A stretch of 64,000 bases of DNA from assembly GCF_964213995.1 (NCBI RefSeq), contig NC_135830.1, positions 13,950,001 through 14,014,000 on the forward strand. Direction: 5' to 3'. The notes under the pieces are model-generated. The model was given only the letters and a program-made list of their open reading frames with translations. It did no database searches and had not been told where the DNA came from. Made by a program: the position numbers and the translations under genes. Positions 48,509 through 60,005 of this stretch are shown here, one piece after another; the first letter of the stretch is position 1, and every line of letters begins with the position of its first letter. This DNA is from Mustelus asterias (Eukaryota).

Positions 48509-49755
48509 ATTTGATTGAGTTTTTTGAAGGGGTAACTAAGAAGATAGATGAGGGCAGTGCAGTTGATGTTGTCAACATGAACTTTAGCAAGATCTCTGAC
48601 AAAGTACCGCATGGTAGGTTGTTGCATAAGGTTAAAATCTCACGGGATCCAGGGTGAGGTATCTAAATGGATACAAAATTGGCTTCTTGACAGAAGCCAG
48701 AGGGTGGTTGTAGAGGGTTGTTTTTCAAACTGGAGGCCTGTGACCAGCAGTGTGCCTCAGGGATCAGTGCTGGGTCCACTGTTATTTGTCATTTATATTA
48801 ATGATTTGGATGAGAATATAGGAGGCACGGTTAGTAAGTTTGCAGATGACACCAAGATTGGTGGCATAGTGGACAGTGAAGAAAGTTATCTCTGATTGCA
48901 ACGGGATCTTGATCAATTGTGCCAGTGGGCTGACGAATGGCAGATGGAGTTTAATTCAGATAAATGCGAGGTGATACATTTTGGGCGATCGAACCAGGGC
49001 AGGACTTACTCAGTTAATGGTAGGGTGTTGGGGAGAGTTACAGAACAGAGATCTAGGGGTACAGGTTCATAGCTCCTTGAAAGTGGAGTCACAGGTGGAC
49101 AGAATGGTGAAGAAGGCATTCGGCATGCTTGGTTTCATCGGTCAGAACATTGAATACAGGAGTTGGGATGTCTTGTTGAAGTTGTACAAGACATTGGTAA
49201 GGCCACACGTGGAATACTGCGTGCAGTTCTGGTCATCCTATTATAGAAAGGGTATTATTAAACTAGAAATAGTGCAGAAAAGATTTACTAGGATGCTACT
49301 GGGACTGGATGGTTTGAGTTATAAGGAGAGGCTGGATAGACTGGGACTTTTTTCTCTGGAGCGCAGGAGGCTGAGGGGTGACCTTATAGAGGTCTATAAA
49401 ATAATGAGGGGCATAGATCAGGTAGATAGTCAATATCTTTTCCCAAAAGTAGGGGAGTCTAAAACTAGAAGGCATAGGTTTAAGGTGAGAGGGGAGAGAT
49501 ACAAAAGTGTCGAAAGGGGCAATTTTTTCACACAGAGGGTGGTGAGTGTCTGGACCAAGTGCCAGAGGTAGTAGGAGAGGCGGGTACAATTTTGTCTTTT
49601 AAAAAGCTTTTAGATAGTTACATGGATAAGATGGGTATAGAGGGATATGGGCCAAATGCGGGCAATTGGGATTAGCTAAGGGGTTTTAAAAAAAGGGCAG
49701 CATGGACAAGTTGGGCTGATGGGCCTATTTCCATGCTGTAAACCTCTATGACTCC
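48509..49755 (+). mobile_element. 5'-truncated CR1 LINE
   Basis: RT motifs with stops and frameshifts; absent from the paralogous site at ~10420. Confidence 0.92.
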
Positions 49756-50256
49756 ATAGTCCAGTCCTATAATGCCTCACATTCAAACTACAGTCCATCA
49801 ATTATAACAGAATATGTCAACCCCAACACTGCCTTCTTGAACTACTGCAATGCCTGAGGTATAGGTGACCCAAAGTGCTGTTCCGGAGGGATTTCCAGCG
49901 ACACATTCCAGACTTTCACTAGTCTGTAAGTGGGTTCCAGATTGATATATTCCATTCAACCACACCCAAGGTTAGTTATTCCAATTCCGTTATTATCCAG
50001 GACAATATATTCACAGTACCTTTAAAACAGAAATTGAACATTCCATTTGATTTCAGAAGGTAACATATTCTGTTGGATTGATCTTTATTGTCAATGTCAG
50101 GCTGGGGTTGTTCCCCTTGGAGCAAAGGAGGTTGAGGGGAGATTTGATAGAGGTGGACAAGATTCTGACAGGTTTAGATAAGGTGGACAAAGAAAAGCTG
50201 TTCCTATTAGCTGATGGGACAAGGATGACAAGCAAATTTAAAGTTTTGGGTGGGAT

Positions 50257-50573
50257 CATAGGATCAGAGGCCATTTGGCCCATCGAGTCTGCACCGACCA
50301 CAATCCCACCCAGGCCCTACCCCTACACATTTACCCGCTAATCCCTCTAACCTCCACATCTCAGGACTCTAAGGGGCAATTTTTAGCATGCCCAATCAGC
50401 CTAACCCACACATCTTTGGACTGTGGGAGGAAACCAGAGCATCTGGAGGAAACCCACACAGACACGAGGAGAATGTGCAAACTCCACACAGACAGTGACC
50501 CAAGCCGGGAATCGAACCCAGGTCCCTGGAGCTGTGAAGCAGCAGTGCTAACCACTGTGCTACCGTGCTGCCC
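50257..50573 (-). mobile_element. HE1-type SINE
   Basis: Absent from the paralogous site at ~10950-10970. Confidence 0.88.
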
Positions 50574-50919
50574 ATGTGAGGAAGAATATTTTGATGCAGC
50601 GAATGGTAATGACCTGGAACTCGCTGCCTACGAGGGAGGAGGAAGTGGAGACAATAAACAATTACAAAGGAAATTGGATGGGCATTGGGGCGTTTCAAAC
50701 AGAAATGCTGACTAAATATCTCTGAACTTCCTAACATCCTGTCACTCTGTGATCCTTGTGAAATCTGAAACCAGGTATTCGCAACAAAACTCAAAGAGCA
50801 TCAGCCCAATGGAGGCAAAGTTGTGAGACCGGCCAGTCCAGCAGAAAGAAACCCTCCAACTCTCCCCATTGACCGATATAATTGAAAGCAGAAACAAGAA
50901 CAGCAAAATCGAACACTGG

Positions 50920-52218
50920 AACCACTCGTGAACTCGCTGGTGTACCAACAGCTGAGATGAAAGACTGAATCTCTTCTCACACACAGAGCAGCTGAACGGT
51001 CTCTCCCCAGTGTGAACTCCCTGGTGTGTCTGCAGGCAGAATAACCGAGAGAATCCCTTCCCACACACAGAGCAGATGAACGGTTTCTCCCCAGTGTGAA
51101 CTTGTTGGTGTTTCTGCTGGCTGGATGAATCACTGAACCGCTTCCCACACAGAGCAGGTGAATGGTCTCTCCCCAGTGTGAACTCGCTGGTGCCTCCACA
51201 GGTGGGATGAAGTTATGAATTCCTTCCCACACTGAGAGCAGCTGAACGGCCTCTCCCCAGTGTGAACTCGTTGGTGTGTCCGCAGGTTGGATGAAGTTAT
51301 GAATTCCTTCCCACACTGAGAGCAGGTGAACGGCCTCTCCCCAGTGTGAATTCGCTGGTGTGTCCGCAGGCTGGATGACCGAGTGAATCCCTTCCCACAC
51401 TGAGAGCAGGTGAACGGTCTCTCCCCAGTGTGAACTTGCTGGTGTGTCCGCAGGCTGGATGAAGCTCTGAATCCCTCCCCACACTGAGAGCAGGTGAAGG
51501 GCCTCTCCCCAGTGTGAACTCGCTGGTGTATCAGCAGGCTGGATGAAGCTCTGAATCCCTCCCCACACTGACAGCAGGTGAATGGTCTCTCCCCGGTGTG
51601 AACTCACTGGTGTGTCCGCAGGCTGGAAAACTGACTGAATCCCTTCCCACACTGAGAGCAGGTAAATGGCCTCTCCCCAGTGTGAACTCGCTGGTGTGAC
51701 TGCAGATTGGATAACCGAGTGAACTTGTTCCCACACTGAGAGCAGGTGAACGGTCTTTCTCCAGTGTGAACTCGCTGGTGTTTCTGCAACGTGGATAACA
51801 GAGCGAATCCTTCCCCACACTGAGAGCAGGTGAATGGTCTCTCCCCGGTGTGAACTCGCTGGTGTGTCCGCAGGCTGGAAAACTGACTGAATCCCTTCCC
51901 ACACTGAGAGCAGGTGAATGGCCTCTCCCCAGTGTGAACTCGCTGGTGTGTCTGCAGATTGGATAACCGAGTGAACTTGTTACCACACTGAGAGCAGGTG
52001 AACGGTCTCTCTCCAGTGTGAACTCGCTGGTGTTTCTGCAACGTGGATAACAGAGCGAATCCCTCCCCACACTGAGAGCAGATGAATGGCCTCTCCCCAG
52101 TGTGACTGCGCCGATGAGCTTCCAGCTGAGATGGGGCTCTGTATCTCTTCCCACAGTCCGCACATTTCCATGGTTTCTCCATGGTGCAGGTGTCCTTGCC
52201 GCTCTCTTGGGTGGACAA
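50920..52218 (-). pseudogene. C2H2 ZNF-9 (15 fingers) with nonsense codon and frameshift
   Basis: CGA>TGA at 51604-51606; 2-bp frameshift at ~51150; acceptor at 52531-52532; paralogue of ZNF-2. Confidence 0.85.
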
Positions 52219-52766
52219 TCAGTTGAAACCTCGTCCAGGCACAACACCAGTACGGTCTCTCCTCACTGTGAATGGTGTGATATTTATTCAGGCTGTGTAA
52301 CTGGTTAAAGCTCTTCAGTCAGTGCATTGGAACACTCTCACTCGAGTGTGGCAGTGTGTTGGTGCTGTTCCAGTCACACTGATGTTTGAATTTTTTTTCA
52401 AATCGACAGACTGGACAAACATTTCCCCTTCAAGATTCAAAGGCCGATGATATTTCACTCCCAAGGAATATGACTGCCAGATCTAGACGTGACATTTGAG
52501 ATTTCAGCCTGTAATTCCTCTTTCAATATCCTGTAAAATGAGAATATCATGATGTGTTTCGAGGGAGGTTTCTGTTCTGTTTATTTGTAAACTGTGAATG
52601 TTTCTATTTAATAGGGACTTCGGAATCAGAGGAACAAAGAACAAAGAAAATTACAGCACAGGAACAGGCCCTTTGGCCCTCCAAACGTGCACCGACCATG
52701 CTGCCCGACTGAACTTAAACCCCCGACCCTTCCGGGATTCCCATCCTATTCATAAAAAAGTGTTTT

Positions 52767-52851
52767 AGGCTCGGCCAGGATACGAACCCAAGTTCTATCG
52801 CATCTAAATGCAATTGTCCCAAGCGAGAATCATACCCCAGACCAACGAGCC
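52767..52851 (-). tRNA. tRNA-Pro-like gene with a 14-15-nt anticodon-loop insertion, probably a pseudogene
   Basis: GGCTCGTTGGTCTGGGGTATGATTCTCGCTTGGG-ACAATTGCATTTAGA-TGCGATAGAACTTGGGTTCGTATCCTGGCCGAGCCT, with a T6 terminator 7 nt downstream; A14 missing and stems mismatched. Confidence 0.8.
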
Positions 52852-53228
52852 ACAAACATGGTAAGCTGTACGCCTGCTGTCTGTGTGACGCTTCACGGCG
52901 AGGTTTGACGGATATTTGGTGTTAGCAATCTATTTCTCGGCTTGATTTTAAAATCCAGATTTGATTATAGAGGAATACAGAACTGATTAGTAGCAGAAGG
53001 GACGATTTAATTGATGCATTGACTATGTGATGGACCTGTCGCCCTAATTGATTCTGCAGTTTGTTTTCTCAGCCTCTCCTGGAACCAGTTGGGTGACAGT
53101 TGATCCGAGGTGAATGTGGTTTCCTGTCAGCGCATGTTTGAGCGGCTGACAGCGCCGCTGCTCATTGTGGCTGCATCTGCCAGAAGTTCTATACAGCAGC
53201 GAGGAGCTCTAACTTATCTTGCTGAGAC

Positions 53229-53267
53229 AGTTTTTGTACAGGAGTCAGGCTGCTTTCCATCACTGTG
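53229..53267 (-). other. V(D)J recombination signal sequence, 23-bp spacer
   Basis: CACAGTG (53267-53261), 23 nt, ACAAAAACT (53237-53229). Confidence 0.97.
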
Positions 53268-53725
53268 AGGCTGAAAGCGCAGTAATACACGGCCGCGTCA
53301 GACAACTGCAGATCCGAGATAGTCAAACTGATGGATTTCTTCGAGGTCTGGAGATCAGTCGAGAAACGGATTTTAGCAAAATCTGCTTTATATTCATTAC
53401 CCTCCGAATATTTCCTCAGAATGTACTCGGGCTGGGAGTCTGGATGCTGTCGATACCAGTATAAATAATAGTAGGTTTCTGCAGTATCATAGTTGCAGTT
53501 TAATGTCACCGCGTCTCCTTCTGTCTTAACATCTGAGGACAGCGACTGAGTGACAGAATCTCCATGGGTCAGATCTGGAAAATATGTTCAAATAGATAAA
53601 GAATAGAGTGACGTGACTCAACAGTAAGATTCAACCCAAATTTTGGAAATGAGAAAACATACGTGATGTACAGAAATACCTGTTAGAAATGCCCCCCACA
53701 CAATCCAGATGCCGAGTACCCGCAT
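53268..53725 (-). CDS. TRAV/TRDV: T-cell receptor alpha/delta-type variable gene segment, intact
   Basis: Leader exon 53725-53680 (MRVLGIWIVWGAFLT, 46 bp), GT-AG intron 53679-53575, V exon 53574-53268: DLTHGDSVTQ...VTLNC...LYWYRQ...LTISDLQLSDAAVYYCAFS. Confidence 0.93.
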
Positions 53726-53784
53726 TGTCTCTGTCCGCTCTGTAAAGGAGGAATCCGATATTTGAAGAAACCCATTCTAATCCC

Positions 53785-53835
53785 CACCCTTTATAATCTG
53801 ATGACGTGTCTCAGAATGCTCATGCGTCAATTCCG
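53785..53835 (-). promoter_or_regulatory. Putative V-segment promoter
   Basis: TTATAA at ~53791 and CRE-like tgacgt / tgcgtca sites 75-105 bp upstream of the leader ATG. Confidence 0.45.
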
Positions 53836-55272
53836 TGTCTCACCAGTGCCACCGTGAGATTGGTAGTTGATAAGAGGACTGTCAGTGAATGGAAGCTCTC
53901 CAACTCCCTGTTGGGCGATTTGTTCCGCTTTGGAAACGGGATATCAAGAAAAAGACCTTCATTTTGTTATTGGAACGGAAGGGCAAGGAGTGTTGATGGA
54001 TTTGGTGGATTTCCAATCAGTGTTCTGTGCACATTCTCTTAGCTTTAGCATCCGAGCATTCGTGCCTGTGACTCCAGTGAGAGTCCAGAGAACGGTGGAG
54101 GCTTTGGGTCACAGAATAAGTTTAAAGCTGAGTGAAACCAACATTTTAACTAAAATTTATGTCACGGTTCATGAGGATCAATGCAGTAAAGTGGATTTAA
54201 AAGGAAGATCAGATGAACTGTAATCTGACTGAAGGGTCGAGCGGATTCGCAGGCAGCCTAAGTTTTATGTTCCAATGTTCAGATATCGGTGGATGGGCTT
54301 TGTAATCGTCCTTGTTTTACTAAAGGAACAGGGAAATCGATCAGTGAGCTCTAGTTACCTGTTTATTGTTCCTGAGATAATGTAAAACGCGTACTGTGGA
54401 TGCTGTACTGAAACCTGACCATGCCTGAAATCAGTAGGGTTAGGATAGCAAATTGTCATGGTGCAGCTAATTATGACACTTCCTTTTCAAAGGTCCACTC
54501 AGGGACGACAAGATGCACTTTGTAGTTGTGGCCCCATTCTCATATAATATACTGGGACGAGTCAACTTCAAGAACTTCCGCTTTTTCTTCTTAATCATTA
54601 TCAACATGGGGTCACGGACAAGTAGTTCAGGGACCCAGAATTATGCTTTGGGAAAAGTAGTTCAATCCCATCATATCAACTGGTTACATTTAACTTCGAT
54701 TTTGGATAAAAGCAGTCAAAATTCTACCCCAGCAGCTGGTTCAATGTAAATGTGATTAATTGATATTGAAAGCTACTCGCATTGATGGTTGCGAACGCTG
54801 TCACTGCAAATCCGCTTGGTTCACTAATGCACTTTGTGGAAGGAAATCTGCCTTCCTAGCCTGGCCTTGTCTGTGTGTAACTGCAGATCAACAACCATAT
54901 GACTAACTCTCAAATTGCCCAGGCCGTTTCGAGGACAATTAGTGATCGACAAAGTCTTGGTCTTGTGACTGACGCCCAATTAATAATTTTTAAAAGAAGA
55001 GTAGTCATCATTTGACGAATAGCAATACCTAAATTACAACAGTCACGATAACAGCATGTTCTTTACTTTTAATTGGGAAGGAAACGCTAATTGAAAAAGT
55101 GAAAAATATTGACTGCTGTCCTTCTGCTTCCTTCTCCCGAATCAGTAACGCTGCAGTTCAGGAAATATTCTCCTGGAGTGGAACTGCAGACTCACGCCCG
55201 CACAACGCCCATAGCTCCGCCCGCATTTCTGATACAACCAGTGCCAAACAAGTAATTCGACAGAAGTCTCTT

Positions 55273-55558
55273 CATAGAATCACTACAGTGCCGACGGAGG
55301 CCATTCGGCCCATTAAGCTTGCACCGACAACAGTCACACCAAGACCCTATCCCCGTAAGCCCACGTATTTACTCACCTTATTCCCCCTAATTTAGCATGA
55401 CTAATCCACCTAACTTGCACATTTTTGGACTGTGGGAGGAAACGCACGCAGACACGGGAAGAACGTCAAAACTTCACACAGTTGCCCAAGGCCGGAATTG
55501 AAACTGGGCCCCCTTTGCAATGAGGCAGGACTGTTAACCACTGTGCCAGCGTGCCGGC
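55273..55558 (-). mobile_element. HE1-type SINE (diverged)
   Basis: Reverse-complement head, core and tail. Confidence 0.75.
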
Positions 55559-56359
55559 CATTTCGTAATGGGGGGCACGTGAGGTGGACCAGAGAGAGAG
55601 GGAGCAGAAAAATGGGACTGCGGATGTTACTGCCAACAGCAACGGTATGCGAATGGTACTATAGGTTTTGTCGCCATCATTTAAAGTTGGGAGAAACACG
55701 TGACGACAACGCCCTCTGATGGTGACTCAGGGTACGTGACACTGTCCGCAAGTGCAAGGTTGTCGATGGACCGTCGCTGGCGGTCTTTTATTGAGAGACG
55801 TGTTTTCAAATAATTCAACTACATAAATAGACGCTAGGGAAATAGGAGTAATTTGAAAGAACAATGCATTCTGGGTCGTTTCTGAATCTCTTCCTTTCTG
55901 TCCTTCTCGCATCATTTGGTTGTGTATTTCGCACTCGTAATGTCTCACTTTCTTTCAATTCTCCTTCCATACTTTTTTAAATTTGTTGTCCTCTGCCCGT
56001 ACTCATAAACAGAAAATGAATTCCAGAATTTTGACGCAAGGGAGCGGCGATATGGTTCAAAATGAGGATGGTGTGCGGCTTGAAGGGGTGCCCGCAAAAT
56101 ATGGTGTTCTCATGCAGCTGTTCCTCTTATCCTTCTCGATGGAAGAGATTCCGGGTTCGCAAGGTGCTGTCGAAACAGGCTTGACGGATTAATATATTCA
56201 GTTTCAAGTGCATACATTAAATTCTGATGGAAGATTGTTGTTTTGTTGGTTAACAAATAAGGAATTGTGGCTGCCATTATTTTTAATCAGATTTTTTTAT
56301 TGATGAAAAACGTTATGCAACCATTGTTATCCAGACTGCCCAGTCACATCGGAATACAC

Positions 56360-56960
56360 TAGAACAATGAACAAAGAAACTTACAGCACAGGAACAGGCC
56401 CTTCGCCCTCCAAGCCTGCACCGACCATGCTGCCCGACTTAACTAAAATCCCCTACCCTTCTGGAGACCATATCCCTCTATGCCCATCTCATTCATGTAC
56501 TTGTCAAGACGCCCTTAAAAGTCACTATCGTATCCGCTTCCACTACCTCCCGCGGCAACGAGCTCCAGGCACCCACCACTCTCTGTGTAAAAATTCTGCC
56601 TCGTACATCTCTTTAAAACCTTGCCCCTCACACCATAAACCTATGCCTCCGAGTAATTGACTGTTCCACCCTGGGAAAAAGCTTCTGACTATCCACTCTG
56701 TCCATGCCTCTCATAATCTTGTAGACTTCTATCAGGTCCTCCTCAACGTCCGTCGCTCCAGTGAGAATAAACCAAGTTTCTCCAACCTCTCCTCATAGCT
56801 AATGCCCTCCATACCAGGCAACATCCTGGTAAATCTTTTCTGTAACCTCTCCAAAGCCTCCACGTCCTTCTGGTAGTGTGGCGACCAGAATTGAACACTA
56901 TATTCCAAGTGCGGCCTAACTAAGCTTATATAAAGCTGCAGCATGATTTGCCAATTTTTA
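56360..56960 (-). mobile_element. CR1 LINE 3' end
   Basis: LVRPHLEYSVQFWSPHY; same subfamily as 22490-23982; a further short 3' end at ~52630-52750. Confidence 0.9.
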
Positions 56961-57343
56961 GTGTCCACTTTCTAAGCCTCTTGTGACATCCACCTCCTCC
57001 TCTTCCAGTTACCATGCCCTAAGAGGGAATTGGTGAACATGGACGTCCATTAGATCATTCTGTGATTGTTCATTTCAAAGTACTCCAGCGGTTTGCCATT
57101 GACCTCTGCAGTTTTGTTGACCAGGAATCTGCTCCGCCCCTATCACCAGTCTTCAGCAATACTGAAAGGATTTACAGGCTGATAATCAACATGTTCGACC
57201 ACGGTAAGAACGTGACCATAAAGTTTGGAAGTTTGTGTTCTGTGGAACAAAGGAACCTTGGCGGCTTTGGCCACAGATCTCTGAAATCGGAAGGGCATGT
57301 TAGTAGGATGATGAAAAAGGCATAAGGTCTTTATCAATCGACG

Positions 57344-57835
57344 TAAGACGCCTCACAACACCAGGTTAAAGTCCAACATATTTATTTGGTAGCACAAGCC
57401 ACAAGCTTTCGGAGCACTGCCCCTTCATCAGGTGAGTGGGTGTTGTGTTCACAAACAGGGCATATAAAGACACAAACTCAATTTACAAAATGCTGAGAGG
57501 ATGTTTCCCCTCGTGGAAGCGTCTGGGAACAGGGGACATCGTCTCAGAGTAAGCGAGCGCTAATTGAAAACTGAGAAGAGGAGCAATATCTTTTTTCAGA
57601 GAGTTGTGAGTGTTTGGAACTCACTTCTACAGCGAGCTGCGCGGGTAGAGTCATTGTGTATATGTAAGACAGATTTCGATAGATTTTTGATCAGTAAGCG
57701 AATCGAAGGTTACGGGGAACGGGCAGTAAAGTGTACGTGAGGAATGTTGGAACAGCCATGATTCCATTGAATGACAGGGCAGGCTCGAGAGGTCGAGAGG
57801 CCTAACCCTGGCCTTTGTCATTTGGTCTTATGGTT
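57344..57835. mobile_element. Penelope pLTR fragment (-, 57344-57490) within a degenerate CR1 3' region (+)
   Basis: Family A pLTR with hammerhead core CTGATGA...GAAA on the minus strand; CR1 tail to ~57835. Confidence 0.75.
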
Positions 57836-58292
57836 AAAGGCTGGTTATTTTAAGCTCAAAACACTGGGCTGCCAATTCTGTCAGAAAACATTCAATCGAA
57901 AGGAAAATAAACATTGATTTAACTAAAGAGTGTAATCGGTACATTGTGAAACGCATTAATTTTCTATAAACTGTCTAAACCAACAGCACGGTCTAATCAT
58001 ATAGACACTATGCACCGGCTCTGATAAATGGGATACAGAGAGTAGAGATTGAGAATGTTTTGCTCATTAAATCAGATAGACAGGAAAAGATCATGAAAAT
58101 ACAAAACGTGAGTGAGGGCATAATAAATTGATTTGCAAAATAATTTTGCAGTATAAATGTTAGTTACAACACACCTAATACAATCCCTCTGTTGCTGCTC
58201 ATCTGTTCATGTTGAATGTTGTGTTGTGTTATTTTAGTTACGACCTTGAACTCTCACAGGCTAAATAATTGCTTCTGTTTATCAGTGCGGGC

Positions 58293-58309
58293 GCGCCCTC
58301 TGCTGACCA
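58293..58309 (-). promoter_or_regulatory. CTCF-like motif downstream of the V pseudogene
   Basis: TGGTCAGCAGAGGGCGC; related motifs at 55709-55722 (-) and 59619-59632 (+). Confidence 0.55.
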
Positions 58310-58351
58310 CTAACTGGAATTCCCAGTCTGGGGTTCGCTATATCTCTGCAC

Positions 58352-58751
58352 CAGTGTGGGCTCCATGGCACAGAAATACAGTGCGCTGTCAGAGAGAAGC
58401 GTTCCGGCGATACTTAAAAGGACCGCTTTGTTTCTTTTGTACAAACAGCAGAAAATCTATTCGGAGAATCTTCAGCGATGTCTCCTGTGTTAAAAATCGT
58501 CAATAAATAAATCGGAGCTTCCCCATGAGACTGGATGTACCAGAGCAGTAACTGCAGTGCAGTGTTATGGTCTGTCCTTCCTGAACCGTTAATTTAGGGG
58601 GATCTTGGGACACTTCATCTTTGCCTGCAACAAATTACAGAATCTCTTAAATATCTGGTGGAGAACGCTGGGAACAGGCAGTGACTATTTAAACACAGAC
58701 TCACCGGGCAGGAAAACCAACCAATATTAGTAAAGAAAATTGGGAGAACAT
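58352..58751 (-). pseudogene. TCR alpha/delta-type V pseudogene
   Basis: Leader 58751-58705 (47 bp, out of phase); V exon from 58624: KDEVSQDP...ITLHCS / LLWYIQ...NRFSA / LLSIAGTLLSDSALYFCAME with CDR1 deleted and two frameshifts; heptamer CACACTG at 58358-58352, no nonamer. Confidence 0.85.
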
Positions 58752-59686
58752 GCTTCCTGCTTAAGAATTCCACAAAATCAGCAGAATTGTAAAATTATGT
58801 CAACTCTTGTACTCTGATGTAAAAAAGTAATTTTATATCATGGGCAGTCTTCACTCATTGGGAAACTAAGGGGCGTTGCCCAATGAAAGGATTGGCTTGT
58901 TGCTCAGTGTTGTCAAGAATTGGCCATCGAACAACATTGATTGTAGCCCAATGACTTTATCTAACTGTTTCTATGTCTACTCCTGCCTGTCTATCTCTGT
59001 GCCTCGTTCTCTGTTCACCTCGGTGTCCATGCTGCACTCTCAATATTTTGGCCGCTAGCATCTGTCTCGTCTCTGTGTCTCAAAGCCCCTCTCTCCCTCA
59101 ACCGTTTTCCAGGAGCGTGCAGAATTTAGAACATACAATTTCTCCCAGTCTCCCATTTCAATAAATTCCCCAAGCCCCATTAGAGGACAGCTGATATGGT
59201 AGCCAAAACATCATAATGACAACTCTGAGGAAAGTTTAAAATTGAAGCAGGTGCACTGAAATCCGACAATCTGTCAGATAAATGTGAGGTTGGAGTCAAA
59301 TTTATATCCTTTCAATGTGTGGAGAGAACTTTATTAAGAGTTCGAATCTTATCAGCATTGCGTGGTTTCAAATTTTGTAACACGAATATAGTTTAACAGA
59401 AATGCCTGGAACATTCAAAACAGCTAAAGCAATGAATTGATGAGGATTCAGACTGAAGTTTGTGTTAGTTCCGTGCATGGTTACACCTGAATGTAAGTAT
59501 GTTATAATAAGAATCATGAGAACAAGAAAAAAATACAGCAGCAAAATCCTGCAACAAGATCCTTCAGTAATCTGAGAATTTACTGATCTCCCCAGAAGAG
59601 GCCATTTACCTCACATCACCACCAGAGGGCGATCCCTCGCCGTGTTTTTGTGTACACTGTTTCAGGAGCGGGTTGCAAAACAAATT

Positions 59687-59970
59687 GATATGTTAGGGAG
59701 CCATAATCCAAGAGAACAGGATGAATTATTCAATTACACAGTGAAATGATAGAGAGCAATAATGTAGGAGAACTGCTTTAATTGTTGGAATACACAATGA
59801 TATGTTACAGAGCAGAAATCTAGGAGAACTGAATTAAACATGATGTGTCACAGAGCAGTTGCCCAGGAGAACTGGATTAATTGTTAGATTACAGACCGAT
59901 ATGTTGCAGAGCAGTAATCAAGGAGAACTGGATTAATTGTAAGAATACACTGTAATATTTACTGAGCAGA
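59687..59970 (+). repeat. Degenerate ~55-bp minisatellite (about 5 copies)
   Basis: Recurring gatatgttacagagcagtaatc.aggagaactggattaattgtt.gaatacac. Confidence 0.75.
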
Positions 59971-60005
59971 TATGGATGATAAATTTGCAGACAACACAAA
60001 GATAG

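Noticed and set aside
50801-51904. 367-aa ORF of WEGIQSV...PASSHWGE repeats and similar ORFs over other ZNF exons
   Set aside because: These are shadow frames of C2H2 finger codons, which are commonly open; there is no independent evidence of coding.
53268-53574. IgNAR/NAR-TCR or IgH-type V identity
   Set aside because: The segment has its own leader, a full CDR2 region and TCR alpha/delta-like frameworks; nothing supports a NAR or VH assignment.
59687-59970. CRISPR-like array
   Set aside because: A degenerate tandem repeat without unique spacers in a vertebrate context; no cas genes.
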